The translations under genes and the position numbers were made by a program. The notes below the pieces were generated by a model, which saw only the letters and a program-made list of their open reading frames with translations, had not been told where the DNA came from and searched no databases. This document shows, in pieces, positions 26,676 to 39,878 of a stretch of 64,000 bases of DNA (its first letter is position 1; every line of letters begins with the position of its first letter). The stretch is from Candidatus Spongiisociaceae bacterium (GTDB lineage Bacteria > Actinomycetota > Acidimicrobiia > Spongiisociales > Spongiisociaceae): assembly GCA_965262915.1 (NCBI GenBank), contig OZ253564.1, positions 4,288,001-4,352,000 on the forward strand, in the 5' to 3' direction.

Positions 26676-28711
26676 CCCTCGATGCGGTGTTCAACCCGGC
26701 CCGTGTAGCCGTCGTGGGCGCCTCGGAGCGTCCCGGCAAGGTGGGGACAATCGTATGGCGGAACCTCGCCGACTTCGAGGGCGAAGTCATCCCTGTCACC
26801 TCCTCGTCGTCCTCGGTCGGCGGCGTGGAAGCGGTCGCGTCGCTGACGGAAGTCGAGGGTGATCTCGATCTGGCGATCCTGGTGGTGCCGGCCCCGGTGG
26901 CGCCTGTGATCGCCCGGCAGGCTGCTGCCAAGGGGGTCAAGGCCATCGTGGTGCTGGCCGGCGGCTTCGCCGAGACCGGTGAGGAGGGCGCCGCTCTCCA
27001 AGCCGAACTGGTGGAGGCCGCCGGCCCGGTCCGGATCGTCGGCCCCAACTGCTTCGGTGTCCAGAACATGGCCCGGGGGCTCAACGCCTCGATGACCGCC
27101 GCCGGTTCTCTCGATCCGGGAGGCATCGCGCTGATCACCCAGTCGGGGGCGTACGGGATGGCGATCCACGCCATGGCCCCCGACGAGCACCTGCGTTTCG
27201 GAAAGGTGTACTCGTCGGGCAACAAGGCCGACATCGGCGACCACGAGGCGATCCGGTATCTCCACGCCGATCGCGACACGGACATCATCTGCCTGCTCAC
27301 CGAGTCGGTGACCGACGGCGCGGAGCTGGCCGCGTCGATCCGGGAAGCCACCCCCACCACCCCGGTCATCGTGGCGAAGACGGGCCGCTCGAACGCGGGC
27401 GCGCGGGCAGCCCGCTCCCATACCGGCTCGCTCGGCACCAACGACGCCATATTCCGGGCTGCGATGCATCAGTGCGGCGCCATATCGGTTCACACCGGCC
27501 TCGAGATGCTCGAGGTGGCCCGGCTGCTGGCCGGCCAACCCCTCCCCCCGGGCAACCGGGCGGCGATCATAACCAACTCGGGCGGGACCGGCGTGGAACT
27601 GGTCGACATGCTGGCCACCGAAGGCGTCGACGTACCGGAGCTGTCACCACGGTTGCAGGCCCGCATAGCCGAGCGGATCCCCGCCTTCGCCAGCCCCCGC
27701 AATCCCGTCGACATCACCCCGATATGGCCCAGGTTCGCAGAGCTTTACCCGTGGCTCGTCGACACCGTCGCCCGGTCGGGAGAGGTGGACCTGGTCATAC
27801 CGGTCCTCCTCCAGAGAGCTGCCATGGACACAGCCACCGTGGCCGGGATCCGGGACACGGTGGCGAGGCTGAGGACCGATGGGATCGAGGTCCCGGTCTA
27901 CTGCTGCTGGGTCGCTCCCCGCGGCGAGCGGTTCAAAGCCGACACCCTGCAGGCGGCCGGCATCCCCTGCCTGGAGTGGCCGGAACCGACCGCCCGGTCG
28001 GTGGGCCATGCCGTGCGCTACGCCGCCAACCGTCATCGCATCGTCCCTCGCCCGATCCTGCCTTCTCCCCGTACCCTGACGGTGCCCGGCGGACCGGTCC
28101 CACCCCTCCGAGCGGCCTCCCTTCTGGCCGACTTCGGGGTCGGCACGGTGGAGAGCCGGATCTGTCATGATCCGGACCAAGCCGTATCGGCGGCCGCAGC
28201 CATGAACGGACCGGCGGTGATGAAGACGGCAGACCCCTCGATAGAGCACCGGGCCGAGGTCGGCGGGGTCCGTGTAGGCATGACCACGCGAGATGAGGTG
28301 GTGGCTGCGTATCTGGACCTGTCCCGTTTGGGAGCTGCAGTGCTGGTGCAGCCACAGCTCACCGGGGTCGAGATGGTGGTGGGAGCGTTGCGCGACCCGG
28401 CGTTCGGGCCGGTGGTGATGACCGGACTGGGCGGAACCGTGGTGGAACTGCTGGAGGACGTGACGTTCGCCCTGGCGCCGGTGGCGGAAGAGGAGGCCGT
28501 CCGGATGATCGAGGGCCTCCGGGGGTTCCCGCTACTCTGCGGTTACCGGGGTCGGCCGCCCGTGAGCATCGAGGAATTGGCTGACGTCATCACGTCCGTC
28601 AGCCGGCTCATAGCTACCTACCCGGATGTCAGCGAGATCGACCTCAACCCCGTGATCGCAACGGATTCCGGAGCGGTAGCCGTGGACTGGAAGATGTACG
28701 TCGCGAAGAAC

Positions 28712-28723
<12 letters not shown>
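26672..28723 (+). CDS. Acetate/acyl-CoA ligase (ADP-forming) family, fused alpha-beta
   Basis: VAVVGAS, GGFAETG, IVGPNCFG, ARSHTGSL (phospho-His), C-terminal ATP-grasp DPAFGPVV...EIDLNP. Confidence 0.9.
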
Positions 28724-31629
<2,906 letters not shown>

Positions 31630-31730
31630 CCAGTGGCCGGTGGTCGGTCCCCAATGACAAGAGGAACGATCGCCCTGGTTCTTGCACAGCCCCGATACGA
31701 GCGATCCGGGGATCTGAGGGGGTAGCTCGG

Positions 31731-32768
31731 TCAGCCGTCGTGAGCCATGCGGATCAGGGACCGCATCGCCCGCATGGCCCGCTTCGTCTCGGACATCGAG
31801 GGATGCACACCGACGCCGTACATCGCCTTGGGCTTGAGATCTATGAGCGTCTTGAGGCGTCCTGAAGCGTCCTCTCCGATATCGGGCACTTCTTTCAGCA
31901 TGTCAACGGCATCCTTGTGATCGGGGCCCGCCGAGTGTTCCCCCAGCGCCTTGCAGCAGATGGCGTCGGCGGCGGCGACCCCGGCCATGACCGCAATGCT
32001 CACGGCGGTGGAACGGTCCTCCGGCACTTCCGAGAACGGATCGACCTCGGCGTGGGCGGCAAAGGTCTCGGCCTCCCGCACACGGGATGCGGCATCCGTT
32101 CCGTCACAGGGACGCCGGCGGGGACCACCACGAGTCATACGTGGTATGTTAACAGGTCGTTGATATTGTTGACACTTGTCTAAAAGATTAAGCGTTACTC
32201 TAGGTAACTCGGGGAAGTCGGGCGCTCGTTCCAGCCAGGGAGCGCATTGCTCCTCGAACTCGGTGTCGGTGAACACCATCGTGTTGCACGGGTTGCCGGT
32301 GAACCGCATCAGGTCGTCGCTGATGTCCTCCTTGGCTTCCCACGGGTCCTTGTCGGTATCGTCAGGCCATACGAGGATGAGATCGATGTCGCTCTCCGCG
32401 TCGGCCTGCCATCGGGCCAGCGATCCGAACAGCAGGGCCTTGGACGCATCCTCGAGATGCGGTCGTATCACCTCTGCGATCCGGGACGGCATCGTGTCGC
32501 CCAGCTGCACCAGATCGACTACGAAGGGGGCGAGGGCGTGATCCCGGTTGAGCTGGTTGAGGATGGCGCGTCCGTTCGGTCGCTGTTTCACCAGACCCGC
32601 GATGTAGAGCCTGTCGAGCGCCTTCTGCACGCCGGACTGGCTCGCTTCCCGTGACAGCCGCCTCCGCACGGCCCGGCCGCTCAGTGGCTCGGTCGCCCGT
32701 GCCAGAACCTCGAGCACGGCTCCCTCGAGGCCGGGAGCCAGCGTGCTGAGAGGGTGGGACAGATCCAC
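31731..32768 (-). CDS. wHTH-minimal nucleotidyltransferase in frame with a HEPN-like domain (MNT-HEPN toxin-antitoxin-like)
   Basis: LFGSLARWQADAESDIDL (MNT); C-terminal AGVAAADAICC...GPDHKDAV...DLKPKAMY helical domain with possible internal ATG at 32138. Confidence 0.75.
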   Translation of the reverse strand: MDLSHPLSTLAPGLEGAVLEVLARATEPLSGRAVRRRLSREASQSGVQKALDRLYIAGLVKQRPNGRAILNQLNRDHALAPFVVDLVQLGDTMPSRIAEVIRPHLEDASKALLFGSLARWQADAESDIDLILVWPDDTDKDPWEAKEDISDDLMRFTGNPCNTMVFTDTEFEEQCAPWLERAPDFPELPRVTLNLLDKCQQYQRPVNIPRMTRGGPRRRPCDGTDAASRVREAETFAAHAEVDPFSEVPEDRSTAVSIAVMAGVAAADAICCKALGEHSAGPDHKDAVDMLKEVPDIGEDASGRLKTLIDLKPKAMYGVGVHPSMSETKRAMRAMRSLIRMAHDG

Positions 32769-32858
32769 AATGCACACTGTACCATGCATAGCTGGTCCGA
32801 TCCCTCGCCGACCATTCCGGCACGCGGGTGGCTGGGGACCGGATGGGCGGTTGATGTC

Positions 32859-32964
32859 CTGGGAGAATGCTGAGAAACGGGTAATTGGTTGGCCCGTCGT
32901 CTGCTGACGTGGCATTTTGTCATCGACCGTCGGGCCAACGGGGGGTTTCTCAGCACTCTCCTGG
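32859..32964. mobile_element. MITE copy D
   Basis: ggagaatgctgagaaac ... gtttctcagcactctcc inverted ends, shared core. Confidence 0.8.
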
Positions 32965-33012
32965 CGAGGCCCGTGACGCCGGGGCCGGCGCCGCCGTGCC
33001 AACCGGTACGAA

Positions 33013-33933
33013 TCAGGTGGTCGCCAGCTCGAGCAACAACTCTCTGGTAGCACCGGTTCCGGTCCCGGTATCGAAGGGAACCGCCCATACATCGGTGGCC
33101 CCGGCATCGAACATCGCCTGTATTCGAGCCCGTACCGTGTTCCCGTCCCCGGTGATCGCCAGCTCGACGGGACCATCGACTCCTTCCCGATCGAAGAGGC
33201 GCCGGTAGTTGACGAGCATTCCGTACCTACCGAAGATCCCGGCAGTGGCGTCCCGTGCCCGGTCCCGGTCGGAGTCGACCGCTACCGGAATTCCGGCCAG
33301 CACCCTCGGCGCCGGGCGCCCGGCCGCTTCGGCACCCTCGGTAACCGCAGGGACCACCACTTCTTCCAGGGACTTCGGGCCGGCCAGCCATGTGGTCACG
33401 CCGTCGGCCAGTTCCCCGCCCAACCGGCACATACGGGCTGCCAGAGCGCCCACTATCACCGGTACCGGCAAGGTCCCCGGAACCGTGAATTCGCCATGCA
33501 CCCGGTAGTGGTCCCCCTCGAAGCTGACGGAGCCATCGGCGAGGAGGGCGTTCAGCACCGTCAGGTACTCGCGCAGGTGACCTATCTGGCTTGAATAGTC
33601 GAGCCCGTGCATGCCCTCGATCACCGGACGATGGGAAACGCCTACCCCGAGCACGAACCGTCCCCCGGCCAGCGCCTGGACCGTGGCGGCCGACTGGGCC
33701 AGAGCCATCGGGTGACGAGGGTAGGTCGGCACCACACCGACTCCGAGCTCGATCCGCGATGTGGCCCGGGCCGCCACCGCCAGCGTGGTGAGAGAATCGA
33801 TCCCCCTGGTGATGTGGGTACACCAAGCCGAACTGAACCCAGCCGCTTCGGCGGCTACCGCGTCCGCCGCCACCGCGTCGGGAGGTCGCAGGATGCCCAA
33901 GGCGTCCGAACCGAACATGATCGTTATGCGCAT
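33013..33933 (-). CDS. LLM-class (probably F420-dependent) oxidoreductase
   Basis: AEAAGFSSAW, IELGVGVVPTYPRHP, GRFVLGVGVSH, GELADG; cofDE present in the window. Confidence 0.88.
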   Translation of the reverse strand: MRITIMFGSDALGILRPPDAVAADAVAAEAAGFSSAWCTHITRGIDSLTTLAVAARATSRIELGVGVVPTYPRHPMALAQSAATVQALAGGRFVLGVGVSHRPVIEGMHGLDYSSQIGHLREYLTVLNALLADGSVSFEGDHYRVHGEFTVPGTLPVPVIVGALAARMCRLGGELADGVTTWLAGPKSLEEVVVPAVTEGAEAAGRPAPRVLAGIPVAVDSDRDRARDATAGIFGRYGMLVNYRRLFDREGVDGPVELAITGDGNTVRARIQAMFDAGATDVWAVPFDTGTGTGATRELLLELATT

Positions 33934-33945
33934 CAGAGAGGACTC

Positions 33946-34686
33946 CTATCCGAGAGTGGCCGCCAGGAGCGCCAGCAGCCGGGCGAGCGTATCGCCCGCT
34001 GCGCCGGAGTGATACGAGCCGGAGTCATCGTCGAGGAAGTCGTGGCCGATCCCCTCGTAGAGGATCCACTTGCCGTGCGGGTTACGCCGCTGGGCCTCGT
34101 CCACCCCCGAGGCCGGAACCAACTCGTCCTCCGCCCCGTACAGACCGAGCACCGCCATCGGCAGCATCTCGAGCGCGTCGGCGACCTGCAACTCCCGGTC
34201 CTCGTCCCCTGCCAGCGGGGCATACGCAACGCACAGGGCGCCCACCTGGCGCTGGCGGTACGCCGCGTAGGTGATCGCGAAGCGTCCGCCGACATCGATC
34301 CCGATGACGCCGATCTTCCCCTCCCGCGCCCATCCCGCCGAGTCGTTGAAGGCGAAGGCGATCGCGTCGTCGATGTCCACCAGGGTACGCCGCCCCCGCA
34401 CGCCGCGATAGGCGGCCACCAGATCCTCGAAGGGTGCGTCCGGTCCGGGATGGGCACCCCTGGTGAGGTCGGGTACCAGCACGGCGTAGCGATTACGAGC
34501 CAGCCGCCGGGCCAGATCCTTGATGAAAGGGGTGATACCGCGTAGCGGGGGTAGCAGCACCACCAGCGGATACGTCCCGATCCGGTCCGGCCGGGCCAAG
34601 TACCCGGTCGTGAACCGGGCTCCGGTGGGCATGGCGAACTCACGGTAGAGGATCTCGATCGTCCCCTCATGCTGGAGAACCGCCAC
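33946..34686 (-). CDS. Dienelactone-hydrolase-family alpha/beta hydrolase with Asp at the nucleophile elbow
   Basis: GYLARP, LARRLA..YAVLVPDL, IGVIGIDVGG, LGLYGAEDELV, YEGIGHDF; GTG start with AGGAGG (alternative 34722). Confidence 0.82.
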   Translation of the reverse strand: MAVLQHEGTIEILYREFAMPTGARFTTGYLARPDRIGTYPLVVLLPPLRGITPFIKDLARRLARNRYAVLVPDLTRGAHPGPDAPFEDLVAAYRGVRGRRTLVDIDDAIAFAFNDSAGWAREGKIGVIGIDVGGRFAITYAAYRQRQVGALCVAYAPLAGDEDRELQVADALEMLPMAVLGLYGAEDELVPASGVDEAQRRNPHGKWILYEGIGHDFLDDDSGSYHSGAAGDTLARLLALLAATLG

Positions 34687-34939
34687 ACCACCTCCTGAAT
34701 CCGTGCAGTCGCCATCGCGCATCGACCGACGAATGCCGGACCGCCGCCATCCTAGCGATCAGGCATCACGACAGGACTGGCGCATCACGAGTGGCTGCGC
34801 GTCGAACGGGGTTACGACCATTACGCATCAGGTCATGACCGGGTCGACGTGAGCGAACTGTCGATCTGGCTCGCGAATGAGCATGTCGACTCCGTTTGAG
34901 TCATGTCTTCACGCAACGGGGTGAACCAGGGAATGGACA

Positions 34940-35626
34940 TCAGCGGTGGTGCCTGACTTCGGACACTGCACCGGACACCAGCGTGATGCGACCGCGCGAT
35001 GTGGCGACCACCAACCCTCCGTCCCGCGAGACATCCACCGCCCTCCCCCGCCCGGCCGGGACCCATGTGACTTCCTGGCCGACGGTCGAGCAGAGGCGGC
35101 GGTACTCGGCGTGCGGCCAGTCGTCCGGCTCGGTCGATACCAGGCCGAGAAACTCCTCGGCCCACCGGCTCGCTATTCCGGCAGCGGCTTCGGGACCGGG
35201 ATCGTTCGCGAGTATCGCCCCCCGGCCGGCCGGCGGGTCGGGCCAGTGGAGGTTGGCGCCCCACCCCACCACCACCAGACCACCGGATGCCTCGGTGAGG
35301 ATCCCGCCCAGCTTGGCGTCTCCTCTCATCAGGTCGTTGGGCCATTTGAGCGTCATGCCGGCCGCTCGCTCGCCCAGCGAGCGCAGGGCTGCTACACCGG
35401 AGACAAGGGTTGTGAGCGGCCATGAGGAGGACGGCCAGGATGGGCGGAACCCGAGCGACGCGGCCAGCGCCCGGGGCGCGGTGATCCAATCGGCTCCTGA
35501 TCGGCCCCTCCCTCTCGTCTGGTAGCCGGCGACCACCAGCAGGGGAAGGGCGCCGATACGCCTCCGTACCTCGTCCTGGGTGGAAGTGGTACGTTCGAGG
35601 ATCAGCGTCTCGTAGGGTCTGTCCAT
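34940..35626 (-). CDS. birA: Biotin--[acetyl-CoA carboxylase] ligase
   Basis: STQD, QTRGRGRSGADW, LKWPNDL, KLGGIL; divergent from the carboxylase genes. Confidence 0.9.
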   Translation of the reverse strand: MDRPYETLILERTTSTQDEVRRRIGALPLLVVAGYQTRGRGRSGADWITAPRALAASLGFRPSWPSSSWPLTTLVSGVAALRSLGERAAGMTLKWPNDLMRGDAKLGGILTEASGGLVVVGWGANLHWPDPPAGRGAILANDPGPEAAAGIASRWAEEFLGLVSTEPDDWPHAEYRRLCSTVGQEVTWVPAGRGRAVDVSRDGGLVVATSRGRITLVSGAVSEVRHHR

Positions 35627-35911
35627 TTGGTCGGTAGTCGGTAGATAGTAACGACGGCGCATCGCGAGTTTGCCGATGGAAGGCGGCCGTCGCAAGACGC
35701 CACGTGTGTATCGGAGGTTCGTAAGCTGTAGCCACAAGCCTGCCCCAGAGGTCTAAGAGGGGCGCTTGGAACAGGAATCACGTGCGCGACGAGATCATCC
35801 GCCTTGGAGGGAACTCGTTCATATCAGGTATAACGCCTATGGTGAACCCGCCGGCGTATCTCGGCACCTTCTTGACCGGCGCGGCAGGCGCATCAGCACA
35901 AGGGTGAGTCC

Positions 35912-37462
35912 GTGGGAACCGAACAACGGATCGAACAACTCAGGAGACTCCGCCGCCAAGCCGAAGCACCCGGTTCGCGGCGGGCTGTCGACCGGCAACA
36001 TGAGCGAGGCAAGCTCACCGCGCGCGAACGCATAGCCCTGTTGCTCGACAAGGACAGCTTCCAGGAGACCGACACGTTCGTGCGGCATCAGGCTCGCGGT
36101 TTCGGTATCGAAGACCGGCGCCCGCTCGGGGACGCGGTGGTCACCGGCTACGGAGCCATCAACGGCCGTACCGTGTTCGTGTTCGCGGAGGACTTCACGG
36201 TGTTCGGCGGAAGCCTCGGCAAGGCGGTCGCGGACAAGATCACCAAGGTCATGGATATGGCCATGAAGGTCGGCGCCCCTATAGTCGGTCTCAAGGATTC
36301 GGGTGGCGCCCGGATCCAGGAGGGGGTGCAGGCCCTCGACGGCTACGGACGGATCTTCTACCGGAACGTACGGGCCTCGGGGGTAATCCCCCAGATCTCG
36401 GTCATCATGGGGCCGTGCGCAGGCGGAGCGGTGTACTCCCCGGCAATCACCGACTTCGTCTACCAGGTGGACGGGACCAGCCACATGTTCATCACCGGCC
36501 CCGACGTGATCAAGGCGGTCACGGGCGAGGACGTGACCTTCGAGGAACTGGGAGGTGCGGCCACCCACGCTGCCACGTCGGGCGTCACCCACTTCGTATG
36601 CAGTTCCGGAGCGGCCGCTCTCGAGGAGGTACGCTACCTGCTCTCCTTCTTGCCCCAGAACAACATGGAGCCGACGCCGTACTTCTCGCCGGTCGACTCA
36701 GCGGACCGGGCGGACGATCGGCTCGATTCGATCATCCCCGACTCCCCCAACCAGCCCTATGACATCGTGGACATCATCGAGTCCGTGGTCGACGACGGGG
36801 ACTTCTACCAGGTGCACCAGCATTGGGCCACCAACATCGTGGTGGGCCTGGCCCGCCTCAACGGCTACTCCACCGGCATCGTGGCCAACCAACCCTCGCA
36901 TCTGGCCGGAACACTCGACATCAAGGCCTCCGAGAAGGGCGCCCGTTTCGTTCGCATGTGCGACGCCTTCAACATCCCGATCTGCACCTTCGTGGACGTC
37001 CCCGGCTTCCTGCCCGGAGTGCAGCAGGAGCACGGGGGCATCATCCGTCACGGCGCCAAACTCCTTTACGCCTACTGCGAGGCCTCCGTGCCGCGGGTAT
37101 CGGTCATCACCCGCAAGTCATACGGGGGCGCCTACCTGGTGATGAACGCGCGAGGCGTGGGCGCCGACCTGGTGTACGCGTGGCCCTCCGCCGAGATCGC
37201 GGTCATGGGCGCTCAGGGCGCGGTCAACGTCATCCACCGCAGGGAGATCGCCACCGCGACTGACCCCGACGAGCGGCGAGCCAAGCTGGTCGAGGAGTAC
37301 GAGAGCCGCTTTGCCAACCCCTACGTGGCCTCGGAACTGGGATTGGTGGACAACGTGATCGAACCTCGGGAGACCAGGTTACGCCTCATCAAGGCCTTCG
37401 AGATGCTGGCTAACAAGCGGGAGGCCCTACCGCCCAAGAAGCACGGGAACATCCCCCTCTGA
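35912..37462 (+). CDS. pccB: Acyl-CoA (propionyl-CoA) carboxylase carboxyltransferase beta subunit
   Basis: GKLTARERI, DSGGARIQEG, GPCAGGAVYSPA, DVPGFLPG, PKKHGNIPL. Confidence 0.92.
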   Translation: MGTEQRIEQLRRLRRQAEAPGSRRAVDRQHERGKLTARERIALLLDKDSFQETDTFVRHQARGFGIEDRRPLGDAVVTGYGAINGRTVFVFAEDFTVFGGSLGKAVADKITKVMDMAMKVGAPIVGLKDSGGARIQEGVQALDGYGRIFYRNVRASGVIPQISVIMGPCAGGAVYSPAITDFVYQVDGTSHMFITGPDVIKAVTGEDVTFEELGGAATHAATSGVTHFVCSSGAAALEEVRYLLSFLPQNNMEPTPYFSPVDSADRADDRLDSIIPDSPNQPYDIVDIIESVVDDGDFYQVHQHWATNIVVGLARLNGYSTGIVANQPSHLAGTLDIKASEKGARFVRMCDAFNIPICTFVDVPGFLPGVQQEHGGIIRHGAKLLYAYCEASVPRVSVITRKSYGGAYLVMNARGVGADLVYAWPSAEIAVMGAQGAVNVIHRREIATATDPDERRAKLVEEYESRFANPYVASELGLVDNVIEPRETRLRLIKAFEMLANKREALPPKKHGNIPL

Positions 37463-37475
37463 ACGGGGCGCTGGC

Positions 37476-39218
37476 ATGAACTCCCTGCTGGTGGCGAACC
37501 GCGGCGAGATAGCGGTGCGGGTCATCCGAACCGCCCGCGAACTCGGTATGCGCACCATCGCCGTGTACTCGGAGCTGGACCGCGACGCGCTCCACACCCA
37601 CCTGGCGGACGAGGCCTGGAACATCGGCGGGGCGCCTGCCGCCGAGTCATACCTCAACGCCGATCGGATCCTCGCAGTCGCCCGGGAATCGGGAGCCCGA
37701 GCCATCCATCCCGGATACGGGTTCCTGGCCGAGAACGCCTCGTTCGCCCGCCGAGTGACGGAGTCAGGCATCACCTGGGTGGGACCCCCTGCCTCCGCCA
37801 TCGAGTTGATGGGCAACAAGATCCTATCTCGCCGGACCGCGGAGAGAGCCGGGGTGGCGCCGGTGCCCGGAACGACCGAGCCGGTCTCCGGCTTCGACGA
37901 AGCCGCCCCGATTGCCGACCGGATGGGTTATCCGGTGGCGGTGAAGGCGGCCCACGGGGGCGGCGGGAAGGGACTGCGGGTAGCCGTCGACCGCAGGCAA
38001 CTGGCGGACGCCATCGAAGGTGCCCGGCGGGAGGCGGATGCCTACTTCGGGAATCCCGTCGTCTACCTCGAATCCTATCTGGCCAGGCCACGCCACATCG
38101 AGGCCCAGATCATCGTGGATCACCACGGCAACGCACGGTTCCTGGGAGAGCGAGACTGCTCCGTGCAGCGGCGCCACCAGAAACTGATCGAAGAAGCTCC
38201 CTCGACCGTCCTCTCGCCCGAGGGGCGCCGTTCCCTGGGTGAGGCCGCGCTGACGATCGCCGAGGCGTGCGGATACCGAAACGCCGGCACTGTGGAGTTC
38301 CTGCTCAGTCCGGACGGAAGCTTCTACTTCCTCGAGATGAACACCCGGCTCCAAGTCGAGCACACGGTGACCGAGATGGTGACCGGGATCGACCTGGTGG
38401 CCGAACAGCTGGCGATCGCCGCCGGACAGCCGCTCTCCTTCGACCACCTTCCCATCCACGGGCACGCCATCGAGTTGCGGATCAACGCCGAGGACCCCGG
38501 AAACGGCTTCCGCCCCACACCGGGAACGGTCACCGAGTACCGGGAACCGGCCGGTCCCGGAGTGCGGGTGGACTCGTGGATCGTCCCGGGCACCACCGTC
38601 AGCCAGTATTACGACAACCTGATGGCCAAGCTGGTCGTGTGGGGCCGTACCCGGTCCGAGGCGGTCGCCCGGGCCAGACGAGCCCTCTACGAGTACCGGG
38701 TGGCCGGGGTTGCCACCACCATCCCGGCCCACCGGGCGGTGTTGTCCCACCCGACCTTCGTGGCCGGCGAGGCGCACACCCGGTTCGTGGAGGAGGAACT
38801 GAGCCTCGAGCCCGAGCCCTTCGACCGTGGCGACGCCCTTCCGAGCGAGCAGGCCCGGTCGAGGAGGGCCATGACCGTGGAGGTAGGGGGCCGGCGGTTC
38901 GACGTGACCTACTGGGCGCCGGAAGCCCCGGCCCGCGGGGGCGCCGACCGGCCGATGCGAAAACCTCCCTCCCGCCGGACCGGGGCCGCTCCCCTGTCAA
39001 CCGAGCCCGGGATCGTCGTTTCCCCCATGCAGGGAACGATCGTCAAGGTGTCGGCCAAGGGCGGTGACCGGGTGATGGCCAACCAGCAGATCTGCGTTCT
39101 GGAAGCGATGAAGATGGAGAACGAGATCACCAGCCCCATCGACGGTGAACTCGTCGAGATACGGGTTCAGCCGGGCGACACCGTACGACTCAACGAAGTG
39201 CTGGCCATCGTTCGATAG
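37476..39218 (+). CDS. Biotin carboxylase / biotin carboxyl carrier protein (AccA3/BccA-like)
   Basis: ANRGEIA, GGGGKG, RDCSVQRRHQK, EMNTRLQVEH, EAMKM. Confidence 0.95.
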   Translation: MNSLLVANRGEIAVRVIRTARELGMRTIAVYSELDRDALHTHLADEAWNIGGAPAAESYLNADRILAVARESGARAIHPGYGFLAENASFARRVTESGITWVGPPASAIELMGNKILSRRTAERAGVAPVPGTTEPVSGFDEAAPIADRMGYPVAVKAAHGGGGKGLRVAVDRRQLADAIEGARREADAYFGNPVVYLESYLARPRHIEAQIIVDHHGNARFLGERDCSVQRRHQKLIEEAPSTVLSPEGRRSLGEAALTIAEACGYRNAGTVEFLLSPDGSFYFLEMNTRLQVEHTVTEMVTGIDLVAEQLAIAAGQPLSFDHLPIHGHAIELRINAEDPGNGFRPTPGTVTEYREPAGPGVRVDSWIVPGTTVSQYYDNLMAKLVVWGRTRSEAVARARRALYEYRVAGVATTIPAHRAVLSHPTFVAGEAHTRFVEEELSLEPEPFDRGDALPSEQARSRRAMTVEVGGRRFDVTYWAPEAPARGGADRPMRKPPSRRTGAAPLSTEPGIVVSPMQGTIVKVSAKGGDRVMANQQICVLEAMKMENEITSPIDGELVEIRVQPGDTVRLNEVLAIVR

Positions 39219-39293
39219 TTGCCGGTTATCAGTTGCCAGTTGCCAGTTGCCAGTTCTCGGTTGTCAGTTCTCGGTTGTCAGTTCTCGGTTGTC
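39217..39293. repeat. Heptamer tandem tract (11 units)
   Basis: agttgcc ggttatc (agttgcc)x3 (agttctc ggttgtc)x3. Confidence 0.9.
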
Positions 39294-39544
39294 AGTAGGG
39301 CCACTTGGCGGCGTTGCAGGCGCCGTGGGCCCGATACCAGGGGTCAGGTGGTCGGTGGTCAGCGGCCAGTGGTCACTTGTCGGTGGTGATTAGCCAGCTT
39401 CTAACCAGTAATAAATTAGGCTTGTAGTTGTTAGTATTCTTAGTCGTTGGTTTGCTATGTTCAGGAACCGACGTCGTCCCATGATCGGCATGTCCACCCA
39501 CTCACAGCACCCCCGCAGGGACCGGCCGCGCCGCCACAAGGGGG

Positions 39545-39572
39545 TTGACGTGTCACAGTCCCGTTGCATAAT
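39545..39572 (+). promoter_or_regulatory. Sigma-A-like promoter
   Basis: TTGACG-N16-CATAAT in intergenic DNA. Confidence 0.55.
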
Positions 39573-39578
39573 GGTAAG

Positions 39579-39740
39579 TAGCCGTAAACACCGCCGGTCC
39601 GTTTTGCGGTACCGACCGGACCGGGGCAGGGATCATGTTGTCGGAGCCGACCCCTCGCAGGGGATGGCGGGACGCGTTCGGGAACCGAGGAGGTGGCGGT
39701 TGGGGGCGGGCCCGTCGGAGGGGTCCGATCGGGCGTTTTT
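39579..39740 (+). ncRNA. Candidate ~160-nt small RNA of unknown family
   Basis: Lies between the promoter and a terminator-like hairpin; internal 8-bp stem ccggtccg/cggaccgg; no convincing CDS. Confidence 0.4.
39710..39740 (+). terminator. Intrinsic terminator-like hairpin
   Basis: gcccgtcgga-gggg-tccgatcgggc (one bulge) followed by gttttt. Confidence 0.6.
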
Positions 39741-39878
39741 CGCGTTCTCGGTCCCCCAAGGCCTGCCCGGTGCCATGGTCGGCACGTCCCGAGTATCTGT
39801 AACTAATCCGGGTATCAGGACACTAGGCATTATTAGAAGATATCCCGCAAAGACACGAACCAACGGACAACGGGCAAC

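Noticed and set aside
34833-34940. 35-aa ORF coupled to the birA stop
   Set aside because: Too short, no motif; cannot be supported from the sequence alone.
39217-39293. CRISPR array
   Set aside because: Contiguous 7-bp units without unique spacers; no cas genes.
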